The notes under the pieces are model-generated. The model saw nothing but the letters and a program-made list of their open reading frames with translations, did no database searches and was not told the origin of the DNA. Shown here piece after piece: positions 46,421-54,898 of a stretch of 64,000 nt of DNA. Source of the stretch: Candidatus Woesearchaeota archaeon (GTDB taxonomy: Archaea; Nanobdellota; Nanobdellia; SCGC-AAA011-G17; JACPIM01). The stretch covers positions 18,454 through 82,453 of the forward strand of contig CAYSNL010000002.1 in the NCBI GenBank assembly GCA_964432435.1. Reading direction: 5' to 3'. The position numbers were made by a program, and so were the translations under genes. Each line of letters opens with the position of its first letter. The first letter of the stretch is position 1.

Positions 46421-46762
46421 ATGCCAGGAGTAGATAAATGTATATTATGCGGTAAGTGTAGGGCAGACTCAGCTTTATTAAAAGCTACTGGTAAAGAAAT
46501 ATTAACTGCTAGGGGCAAGGCGTTGTTAATAATGAAAGGAATTCTAGATAAAGTTTTTTATATTGATCCTTTAAATGATGTTACTGTTAGGAGTTGTCCT
46601 ACTGATGTTGAAATTAGCGAAGAAGTTAGAAAACAAAGAGAAAGATTAGTGGAAAATGGGATGGAAACTAAAGCCAACAGAAGGATGATAGAGAATATAA
46701 GGGAATTTGGGAATCCATATGGTAATTTAGAGAAGAAAGACATAAAAGAGGTTTACAGTTAG
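46421..46762 (+). CDS. small Fe-S ferredoxin-like protein (GlcF/HdrD N-terminal-like)
   Basis: 'CILCGKCRADS' C-x2-C-x2-C and distal 'RSCPT'. Confidence 0.4.
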   Translation: MPGVDKCILCGKCRADSALLKATGKEILTARGKALLIMKGILDKVFYIDPLNDVTVRSCPTDVEISEEVRKQRERLVENGMETKANRRMIENIREFGNPYGNLEKKDIKEVYS

Positions 46763-46774
46763 GAGGAGATTAAA

Positions 46775-47089
46775 ATGAATAATGGACTAGTTTTTTTAAT
46801 TGAAGATAAAAATAAAATGTATAGAAAGATAACACCTAATTCTTTAAGGGGTGTTTTTGAACCTACTAGAGAGACTGTATTTGTTACGGATATTATTCCT
46901 TTTGGTTTTGAAACTAATGTGGAACAATATGGTAATGAAAAAAGAGATGTATTAATGGATACAGTAAATTTTTTAGCAGAACAAGCTAAGGAAAAAGGAG
47001 CTGAATTGGTATTGACTGATTTTAGATATGCAGATGGGAAAGATAGATATGGGATTCATGGAAAAGTACAATTTTATTTATATAGATAG
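46775..47089 (+). CDS. hypothetical protein
   Basis: 104 aa; strong GGAGG ribosome-binding-like sequence 8 nt upstream. Confidence 0.3.
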   Translation: MNNGLVFLIEDKNKMYRKITPNSLRGVFEPTRETVFVTDIIPFGFETNVEQYGNEKRDVLMDTVNFLAEQAKEKGAELVLTDFRYADGKDRYGIHGKVQFYLYR

Positions 47090-47125
47090 GTAATTTTATA
47101 TATTTGGTTTTTTTGTCTTCTTTAT

Positions 47126-49693
47126 ATGTATTATCAACAAGAGATAAAAGATGTTTTAAGAGAGTTAAGTAGTTTTGAGAAAGGTTTATCTGAAAAGGAA
47201 GCTCAAAGAAGATTAGAAAAATACGGAAAAAATATTATAGAAAGAAAACATAGAATAAGTGCCTTAAAAATATTTTTAAAACAATTTCTAAATCCTTTAG
47301 TTATTATTTTAATAATAGCAACTGTTGTAGTTTTTATATTTAAAGAGTATTTAGATGGAATTGCAATATTAATAATCTTATTATTGAACGCTATTCTAGG
47401 ATTTTTCCAAGAATATAAAGCTGAAAAAGCCATAGAATTATTAAGAAAGTTAAGTACACCAAACTCTAGAGTTGTAAGAGACGGAAAAGAGAAAATTATT
47501 TCTTCTGAATTATTAGTTCCTGGAGATATTATAATTTTTGAAACTGGCGATAAAATTAATGTTGATGCTAGACTAATTGAAGTTTTAAACTTAAATTTAG
47601 ATGAATCTGTTTTAACTGGCGAGAGCATACCTGTAAATAAACAAATTAAACCAATTAAAGAAGATGTTATGATTGCTGATCAAAACAATATGGTTTTTTC
47701 TGGTAGTTTGGTTGTTGATGGTAAAGGAAAAGCAGTAGTCACCTATACTGGTATGTATACCGAGATAGGTAAGATTGCAAAACTTGTTGAAGAAACAAAT
47801 ACTGGAGAAACACCATTACAAAAAGAATTAAAAAAATTGGGTAATATTTTGGGCATTTTTGCAATAATAATTGCCTTTGTTGTTTTCTTATTAGGATTAT
47901 TAAAACAACTAAGCTTGTTTGAAGTTTTTAAGACTTCTATTTCTTTAGCTATTGCAATCATTCCTGAAGGTTTGCCTGCTGTTGTTACAATAAGTTTAGC
48001 GCTAGGTGTACAAAAAATGTTAAAGAAAAAAGCGTTAATAAGAAAATTACATGCCGTTGAGACCCTGGGAAGTACAAATGTCATATGTTCGGATAAAACA
48101 GGAACTTTAACAAAAAACGAGATGACTGTAACTGACTTATTTGCTAATAACGAGGAAATTAAAGTTACTGGGAAAGGTTATGAAACAAAAGGAATCTTTT
48201 TATTGAATAATAAGAAAACAGACCCTAAAAAATTTATTAATTTAATTAAAGTTTGTGCTGGGTGTAATAACGCTACCTTGCCTGATGTCGGGGATCCCAC
48301 TGAAAAAGCTTTACTAGTTTTAGCGAAAAAAGCAAACATTAACAAATTTGAGGGAAGACTTGAGGAGGAGCAATTTAATTCTGAGAAAAAATATATGTCT
48401 GTTACTTATAGGATGGATAACGAGAAAGTTAGATTTATCAAAGGGGCCCTTGAAAAAATAGTTAAATTTTGTGATTCTATTGAGATAAATAATAAAATAA
48501 TAAAATTTAGTGCTAAGGAAAAAGAGTTTATTTTGAAGAAAAATTCTGAGATGGCTTCAAGAGCCTTGAGGGTTTTAGGGTTTGCATATGAAAAAAATAA
48601 TAGAACTATATTTGTTGGTTTAGCTGGAATGATTGATCCTCCTAGGAAAGAAGTTAAAGTAGCTATAAAGATTGCTAAAGATGCCGGGATAAGAGTTATA
48701 ATGATTACTGGTGATCATAAAGAGACCGCACTAGCGATAGGTAAAGAAATTGGAATTTCTGGTAAAGCTATTAGTGGTGAAGAGCTTGATGAATATGATA
48801 TTGAGGATTATATTGATCATGTTAATGTTTACGCTAGGGTAAGTGCAGAGCATAAAGTAAGAATTTTAGAGGCTTTGCAAAGAAAAAATAATGTTGTTGC
48901 TATGACGGGTGATGGTATTAATGATGCTCCTGCCTTAAAAAAAGCGGATATTGGGGTTGCAATGAATATTAAAGGCACAGATGTTGCGAGAGATGCTTCG
49001 GATATGATTTTGGTTGATGATAATTTTGCATCTATTATAAATGCTGTTAAAGAAGGTAGAGTGATTTATGATAATATCAAGAAATTTGTTAAATATTTAT
49101 TAAGTGCTAATTTGGGTGAAATTTTTATAATATTGTTTAGTTTAGTTTTAAATTTGCCCTTGCCTTTATTGCCTTTGCAAATATTATGGGTAAATTTAGT
49201 TACAGATGGATTGCCAGCCTTGGCTTTAGGTATTGATCCTCCAAGCGGTAATGTTATGAAGAAAAAACCACGAGATAAAAATGAGAATATTTTGAAAAAC
49301 ACTTTTTCATTTATTTTTTTAGCTGGGGTTTTAAGCACTTTAATAACCTTAATTTTATTTAAGATTAATTTAGGTTTAGGATTAAATAAAGCCAGAACGA
49401 TTGCATTAACTACTTTAATACTATTTGAACTATTTTTAGTTTTTAGTATTAGAAGCGAGGAAGTCTTAATTAAAATAAAAAGTAACAAATACCTATGGTT
49501 GGCTGTTATATCTAGTCTTGTTTTGCATTTGATTGTTATGTATACATTATTAAATACTTTTTTTAGATTGGTTCCATTAAACATTCACGAGTGGTTGGTT
49601 ATTATATTATGGAGCGGTAGTGGGTTTGCGTTTTTTGAATTAATTAAAATAGTAAGAAAAAGATTTTCTAAATCAATAATAAAAAATATTTAA
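47126..49693 (+). CDS. P-type cation-transporting ATPase (type IIA, Ca2+/cation)
   Basis: 'CSDKTGTLT', 'PEGLP', 'TGDGINDAPALKKADIGVAM'; 855 aa, 10 TM helices. Confidence 0.9.
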   Translation: MYYQQEIKDVLRELSSFEKGLSEKEAQRRLEKYGKNIIERKHRISALKIFLKQFLNPLVIILIIATVVVFIFKEYLDGIAILIILLLNAILGFFQEYKAEKAIELLRKLSTPNSRVVRDGKEKIISSELLVPGDIIIFETGDKINVDARLIEVLNLNLDESVLTGESIPVNKQIKPIKEDVMIADQNNMVFSGSLVVDGKGKAVVTYTGMYTEIGKIAKLVEETNTGETPLQKELKKLGNILGIFAIIIAFVVFLLGLLKQLSLFEVFKTSISLAIAIIPEGLPAVVTISLALGVQKMLKKKALIRKLHAVETLGSTNVICSDKTGTLTKNEMTVTDLFANNEEIKVTGKGYETKGIFLLNNKKTDPKKFINLIKVCAGCNNATLPDVGDPTEKALLVLAKKANINKFEGRLEEEQFNSEKKYMSVTYRMDNEKVRFIKGALEKIVKFCDSIEINNKIIKFSAKEKEFILKKNSEMASRALRVLGFAYEKNNRTIFVGLAGMIDPPRKEVKVAIKIAKDAGIRVIMITGDHKETALAIGKEIGISGKAISGEELDEYDIEDYIDHVNVYARVSAEHKVRILEALQRKNNVVAMTGDGINDAPALKKADIGVAMNIKGTDVARDASDMILVDDNFASIINAVKEGRVIYDNIKKFVKYLLSANLGEIFIILFSLVLNLPLPLLPLQILWVNLVTDGLPALALGIDPPSGNVMKKKPRDKNENILKNTFSFIFLAGVLSTLITLILFKINLGLGLNKARTIALTTLILFELFLVFSIRSEEVLIKIKSNKYLWLAVISSLVLHLIVMYTLLNTFFRLVPLNIHEWLVIILWSGSGFAFFELIKIVRKRFSKSIIKNI

Positions 49694-49697
49694 AAAA

Positions 49698-49925
49698 TTA
49701 TTTTTTTGAAAACCAGCAAAGTCCTATTAATAGAAAGACTACAGTATACCAGTTAAGTCTCCACCATAAAGGACCACCAGTGTAATCTTGAATTAAATAA
49801 ATCAATCCTATTAATAATATGATTAAACCCCATCTTTTGTGATTTGGGCAACACACATAACACATATTTGAAGAATTAGATTGCATATTTGCAACTTTAG
49901 TTGTCTTTCTTTTTCTTTTAGCCAT
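49698..49925 (-). CDS. small membrane protein
   Basis: 75 aa, two hydrophobic segments, basic N-terminus. Confidence 0.3.
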   Translation of the reverse strand: MAKRKRKTTKVANMQSNSSNMCYVCCPNHKRWGLIILLIGLIYLIQDYTGGPLWWRLNWYTVVFLLIGLCWFSKK

Positions 49926-49996
49926 TAATTTTCCCCCCTTTTTAAATAATTGATATTAAATTTTACATTTTCTTTATTTATAAAAAAGTGTTTTAT

Positions 49997-50236
49997 TTAT
50001 TGAGTAGTTAAACCAAGAACTTCTTTTAATTTTTCCCTATCAAAACCCAAAAAGACCTTATCTTCCACTTTGATTACGGGTGTGTTTGATTGTCCTGATA
50101 TTTCCTGCATTTCTTCGAACTTTTCTTTATTTCGTGATACGTCAATTATTTCAAAATTTATATTATTAGATTTAAGTAAATTGCGTATCATATCAGAATA
50201 GATATCGTTTTTTCCAGTATAAATTTTAACTATCAT
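49997..50236 (-). CDS. glutaredoxin/NrdH-fold protein lacking active-site cysteines
   Basis: 79 aa; aligns with 30320..30583 redoxin ('TPVIKVEDKVFLGFDREKLKEVL' vs 'GVPVIDIDGNIVVGFDEPKLRRLL') but CxxC replaced by 'GKNDIYSD'. Confidence 0.45.
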   Translation of the reverse strand: MIVKIYTGKNDIYSDMIRNLLKSNNINFEIIDVSRNKEKFEEMQEISGQSNTPVIKVEDKVFLGFDREKLKEVLGLTTQ

Positions 50237-50249
50237 TTATGAATCCTTT

Positions 50250-51722
50250 TTATATATCTAGCAATTTATCTTGTGTGTATTGTTTGCCTGTTTTTAAAGC
50301 AATTTCTGCCTTTTGTAGTTCTGATCCTAAGTCTAGAGCATGGGAGATCTCTGATAGAACATTGTTATTTGCTAGTTGTGCAATTAATTCTCCGGCTACT
50401 TTTCCTTCATACTCTTTTATTGGTGAACTATCAGTGTTTAAGTGAGTTACTGTAATTTTTTCATTATTAAGTTTTATAATAAAATTTCCTTTTGGATCTT
50501 CTTTAAAATTTACTAAATTCCCCAATGGACTTGCCTTTATTAATTCTTTATCTCTATATTTTTCTATTATGTCTTTTGCATCTGTCCAGTTTTTTTCATA
50601 AATATGTGCACTACCGGAAATAATTGTTAATGTTCCTAGTTTTAGTTGTGTTTCTTTTGAGATTTCTTTTACTATATTGCCCTGTAATCTTCTTAAGGCA
50701 AATGCATTTCTTGGCCAGGCTTCATACATGTCATTACTTCTAATATAGGAGGTCATATGTAATGTATCGTCTTGTACTAGGCAATGTACAAAATTAATGC
50801 ATGGTGGTTCATCTCCTGATGAATCTTTATCATAATTCCAGGTAAAAGCTATTGCGCTTCTTTTATGTGGTTTTTTCTTTAATAGATCAATTATGAATTG
50901 GATTTGATCGACTTTTGTTCCATCTTTTAATTCTGCAGCTCTTAATCTTTGTCCATATGTGTAGTTTACATCCGGAATTTCTAGATTGGTTGTTACTTGA
51001 GGTATGTATCCTTCTAATTCTTCTTTGGTAAATTGAAAATACTCTTCCCATTTGTAATTGTCTGGGTCTTCATCTGAAATTACTGTTGAGATGTTGATTA
51101 ATTCTTTTTGGTCACCGCCATATGAAGAAGCTTTAGTAGCACCAAACCTCATGATATTATAAAGAATTTCCAGCCATGCGCTGCCAGTTGTTCTTTCCCT
51201 TATTTTATGAACTGTTGGGTCTGATGGGAATCTTTCTGGAGCTTCAATTTTATTTTCAGGGAATGTTTCTGGTTCTCCATAACTTGGTTTTTTTTCAAGT
51301 TCTTGTATTTTTACAGATATATCTGAGGGAGTTTTTCCTCTCATATCTATTATTTCTACGTTATTTCTGAAATTATCAATTGCTTCTTTTGGGATCGCTT
51401 TATGTAATTTAGAGTTTTGTATTCCTTTGATACAATGTTCTTCATCTACGCCTTTTTCTTTTAGTGCTAATAATGCCTCACCTGATTTTGCTAGGTCTTG
51501 TCCTGTTATAATTAGATATCTGATATTTTTATTAGCTAAACAATTCCTTATAAGAAAGCTTATTCCTCCATTAAAGTATAGTTGACCTATTGCTGAATAT
51601 AGGTTAGAATCTAAATTATCTGCAATTATCTTTCTAGGACTCCATAAAGTAATTACACCAATATTGGATTCTTGATTTCCTAGGATTACATTCTCTTTTT
51701 CATATAAAGGCCAATCAAACAA
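50250..51722 (-). CDS. thymidylate synthase (ThyA)-like domain with ~190-aa N-terminal and ~100-aa C-terminal extensions
   Basis: Core 'PPCINFVHCLVQDDTLHMTSYIRSNDMYEAWPRNAFAL' matches the ThyA active-site Cys-to-R-S-x-D block; flanking extensions unassigned. Confidence 0.65.
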   Translation of the reverse strand: MFDWPLYEKENVILGNQESNIGVITLWSPRKIIADNLDSNLYSAIGQLYFNGGISFLIRNCLANKNIRYLIITGQDLAKSGEALLALKEKGVDEEHCIKGIQNSKLHKAIPKEAIDNFRNNVEIIDMRGKTPSDISVKIQELEKKPSYGEPETFPENKIEAPERFPSDPTVHKIRERTTGSAWLEILYNIMRFGATKASSYGGDQKELINISTVISDEDPDNYKWEEYFQFTKEELEGYIPQVTTNLEIPDVNYTYGQRLRAAELKDGTKVDQIQFIIDLLKKKPHKRSAIAFTWNYDKDSSGDEPPCINFVHCLVQDDTLHMTSYIRSNDMYEAWPRNAFALRRLQGNIVKEISKETQLKLGTLTIISGSAHIYEKNWTDAKDIIEKYRDKELIKASPLGNLVNFKEDPKGNFIIKLNNEKITVTHLNTDSSPIKEYEGKVAGELIAQLANNNVLSEISHALDLGSELQKAEIALKTGKQYTQDKLLDI

Positions 51723-52084
51723 GATATATTCCCCCTGTTTTTTATAAAGTTAAAACATAGCATTTATAAAAATTACTATTATGGAGATATTATGTTAATA
51801 ACTATGGTTCTTTCTCTTAGTCCATCAAGCTCAACTATTGTGGAGATTGCCTTTGGCCTGGTTCTAACTTATTATTAGAGCAGAAGTTGTATGTTTGTTA
51901 TATAAAAAACAGATTCCTTGTTTAATTTTTGACTTTTTTACTCTTTTTTGTATTTGATTTTTGATGCCAATACATTCTTGTTTTTTTGTTGTATCTATTG
52001 TTAATTCCATTTTGAAATTGATTAAAATTTGTTTTATAAAGGTATTGCAAAAACCTTTTAAATTATAAAAAACAATCATGGTGC

Positions 52085-52375
52085 ATGGAGAAAGTAACTA
52101 AAGAAAAATTAGATAAATATTTTCAAGTTAGTAAAAGTGCGTTAGAAGAAGCTAAAAAATCAACTGAAAATGTTGATATTAATGATTCTACAAGAAAAGA
52201 TTTTATTGATACTGTTGAAAGATATATAAGTGATGCAGAACATTTTGCTTCTAAGGGTGATTTAGTAAATGCCTTTGCTGCCCTAAATTATGCCCATGGT
52301 TGGTTAGACGCAGGTGCTAAAATTGGTGTTTTTGATGTTGATAATTCTGAACTGTTTGCTGGTGTAGATAAATAA
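52085..52375 (+). CDS. conserved small archaeal hypothetical protein
   Basis: 96 aa, helical; 'AFAALNYAHGWLDAG' block. Confidence 0.35.
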   Translation: MEKVTKEKLDKYFQVSKSALEEAKKSTENVDINDSTRKDFIDTVERYISDAEHFASKGDLVNAFAALNYAHGWLDAGAKIGVFDVDNSELFAGVDK

Positions 52376-52421
52376 TATGTGAAGCATAAAAAATATAAAC
52401 AATGAGAGTTGTTACATAATA

Positions 52422-52631
52422 ATGCAACGTTTTTTGGATGTGTTAAAAAGAAGTAAATATTCTTATATTATTGCTGTTAGTTTGGTTACAACAATTATAC
52501 TTATAAATTCTATTTTAGACTTTACTGATAGGATTAAGGATAATAAATTTTTAATAGTTTTGAGCCTAGTAATATTTTACTTTTTCGTAGTAATATCAAT
52601 AAAGGAGGAAATTTGGAAAAATGGAGAATAA
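52422..52631 (+). CDS. small membrane protein
   Basis: 69 aa, two TM segments. Confidence 0.25.
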   Translation: MQRFLDVLKRSKYSYIIAVSLVTTIILINSILDFTDRIKDNKFLIVLSLVIFYFFVVISIKEEIWKNGE

Positions 52632-52724
52632 GAATGGAATGTCACAACTGGCATGGTTTATTATTGTAGTAATAATCATTATAATTATTGCCAGATACCT
52701 GGGTTGGATTTAATAAAATAAAAT

Positions 52725-53405
52725 ATGGTGAAAGTAATCAGTTTAGGTGGGAGTTTAATAGTCCCAAATGAAATAGATTCCGATTATTTAAATAGATTTA
52801 AAAAATTAATGATCAATCTTTCTAAAAAAGAGAAATTTGTAATTGTTTGTGGTGGTGGAAAAACTGCTAGAATATATATTAATGCTTTAAGAAAAAATGG
52901 TATAAGTGAAAAAATCTGTAGCTATATAGGGATTAGAATTACTAGGTTAAATGCTTGGTATATTATTAATCTATTTGGCAAATACACTTCTCAAAAACTT
53001 AGCAAGTCATTGCAGGAAGTTAAAAATTTATTAAAGAAAAGAAACATAGTTGTTGTTGGTGGATTAAGATATAGACCAAATAACACAAGTGATGGAACGG
53101 CTGCAAATATTGCTGGAATGTTAAAATGCGATTTTATTAACTTAACTAATGTTAAAGGTTTGTATAATAAAGATCCGAAACTAAAAGGGGCGAAGTTTAT
53201 TCCTAAAATTTCATTTAATGCCTTTTATAAAATGGTTAATAGGATTAAATATAAAGCAGGTCAACATTTTGTTTTAGATCAGACGGCTTCTAGAATAATA
53301 AAACAAAATAAAATAAAAACCTATATTTTAAGCGGTGATTTAAAAAATTTAGAAAATATGATAAAAGGAAAAAAATTTATTGGTACTGTTATTGATAAAG
53401 CTTAG
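52725..53405 (+). CDS. pyrH: UMP kinase (archaeal type)
   Basis: 'MVKVISLGGSLIV', 'VIVCGGGKTAR', 'VVVGGL...SDGTAANIA' amino-acid-kinase fold blocks. Confidence 0.85.
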   Translation: MVKVISLGGSLIVPNEIDSDYLNRFKKLMINLSKKEKFVIVCGGGKTARIYINALRKNGISEKICSYIGIRITRLNAWYIINLFGKYTSQKLSKSLQEVKNLLKKRNIVVVGGLRYRPNNTSDGTAANIAGMLKCDFINLTNVKGLYNKDPKLKGAKFIPKISFNAFYKMVNRIKYKAGQHFVLDQTASRIIKQNKIKTYILSGDLKNLENMIKGKKFIGTVIDKA

Positions 53406-53583
53406 GCTTTGAACTAATCTTTCTTTGAATCTGTTCTATTTCTTCTCTTCTTCTTAGTTCATCTAATCTCTTATAAGGATCATCACATTCTTCACATGCT
53501 TTAATCCCTTGCCTTAGATATACTAAAGATACATCACCATGTGCTGCCCTTTGGGCATATTGACTTTGTCGTATAAAACCCAT
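53389..53583 (-). CDS. small hypothetical protein (64 aa from internal Met; ORF extends to 53634)
   Basis: 'MGFIRQSQYAQRAAHGDVSLVYLRQGIKACEECDDPY...' ; start at internal Met gives a 7-nt operon-type overlap with the upstream ORF. Confidence 0.3.
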   Translation of the reverse strand: MGFIRQSQYAQRAAHGDVSLVYLRQGIKACEECDDPYKRLDELRRREEIEQIQRKISSKPKLYQ

Positions 53584-53588
53584 TTTAC

Positions 53589-53843
53589 TTACCTCCCAAT
53601 TAGTATAATAGGAAATTTCGTTCTTCCTAAACATAATCTGTCTATTTCGCTTAATCTTCCATTTAACAAAGTTGGCGGAATAGAAATACGTTGATTATAA
53701 GGGTAAACAACAGAATAATCAATCCTAACTTGACTATCATAATTTGTTATTGTTACTCCCTTTAATTTATTACTACCATATACACGATGCTGTTTGGTTA
53801 TTTCATCAATGATCAAATCAAAAAGATTATTTTGTTCTTTCAT
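53589..53843 (-). CDS. small hypothetical protein
   Basis: 84 aa ORF, no motif. Confidence 0.3.
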   Translation of the reverse strand: MKEQNNLFDLIIDEITKQHRVYGSNKLKGVTITNYDSQVRIDYSVVYPYNQRISIPPTLLNGRLSEIDRLCLGRTKFPIILIGR

Positions 53844-53922
53844 TTTAGTATATACATTATATAAATTATATATATTTTATCTATTCTCATAATTTATAAA
53901 CTTTATTATTTTTCTTTGTTTT

Positions 53923-54393
53923 ATGGTTATAATAATCGTAACTGGAACACCCGCTACAGGAAAAACAAAAATAGCAAAATTAATATCCAAAAAATACAAA
54001 TTAAAGTATGTAGATGTAGGCAAATTAGTGAAGGATAATAAAGTATATGACAAATATGACAAGAAATTAAGAACTTATATTGTTGATGTAAAAAAATTAA
54101 ATAAATCTTTAATGAATTTAATTAAAAAAGAAAAAAATCTAGTTTTAGATTCTCATTTAACCCATTATTTAGATAAAAAATATGTTGATTTATGCATTGT
54201 TACTAAGTGTGATATAAAGGTTTTGAAAAAAAGATTAGAAAAAAGAAAGTATCCAAAAGAAAAAATAAGAGAAAATTTAGATTCAGAAATTTTAGATGTT
54301 TGCCTAGTTGAGTCTTTAGAAAAAGGGTATAAAGTTAAAGTAATTGACACTACAAAAGGTTTAAATAAAAAAGATTTAGAATTAAACATATGA
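53923..54393 (+). CDS. adenylate kinase isoenzyme 6 / Fap7-type NTPase
   Basis: P-loop 'IVTGTPATGKTKIAK'; 156 aa; position at head of the exosome superoperon typical for Fap7. Confidence 0.75.
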   Translation: MVIIIVTGTPATGKTKIAKLISKKYKLKYVDVGKLVKDNKVYDKYDKKLRTYIVDVKKLNKSLMNLIKKEKNLVLDSHLTHYLDKKYVDLCIVTKCDIKVLKKRLEKRKYPKEKIRENLDSEILDVCLVESLEKGYKVKVIDTTKGLNKKDLELNI

Positions 54394-54869
54394 TAGATAT
54401 AATCGATTTTGAATATAAGGGAGAGATGTTGGGATTTACTAAGTTTTATACTTTTAAAGATTTCAAAATAGAAGTTGGTGGTGATGATAAAAAAAATAGG
54501 AAAATTGTTGAAAATAAAAATGTTGATATTTTTTTAAGCCCGGAGAAAACAAGGGATAAAGACTTTATGCATTCAAGGGATTCTGGATTAAATCAGGTGT
54601 TATGCAAGCTGGCTAATAAAAACAATATTGCAATTGGATTCAACTTCAATGATCTTTTAAAAAGTAAAAATAGGGCTTCAGTTTTAGGTAAAATGATACA
54701 AAATGTGGGATTATGCAGAAAATATAAAGTTAAAATGATTATTATAAGTGGGGCTATGAATAAATGTGAATTAAGAGCAGCTAAAGATCTTGTTAGCTTT
54801 GGAAGAATCATAGGAATGACTCCTGGAGAGGCAAAAAAAGCCTTAAATTTTGAAAGGAAAAAGGTTTAA
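54390..54869 (+). CDS. RNase P protein subunit Rpp30 (reduced)
   Basis: C-terminal 'CRKYKVKMIIISGAMNKCELRAAKDLVSFGRIIGMTPGEA' matches the Rpp30 C-terminal block; only 159 aa vs ~220. Confidence 0.55.
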   Translation: MIDIIDFEYKGEMLGFTKFYTFKDFKIEVGGDDKKNRKIVENKNVDIFLSPEKTRDKDFMHSRDSGLNQVLCKLANKNNIAIGFNFNDLLKSKNRASVLGKMIQNVGLCRKYKVKMIIISGAMNKCELRAAKDLVSFGRIIGMTPGEAKKALNFERKKV

Positions 54870-54898
54870 ATATTCATTAAATCAAAAAATAATTAAAA

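Noticed and set aside
53389-53843. Possible frameshifted single gene formed by the two overlapping minus-strand ORFs
   Set aside because: Starting the downstream ORF at its internal Met (53583) yields a 7-nt overlap of the kind common in this operon-dense genome. Two separate small genes is the simpler explanation.
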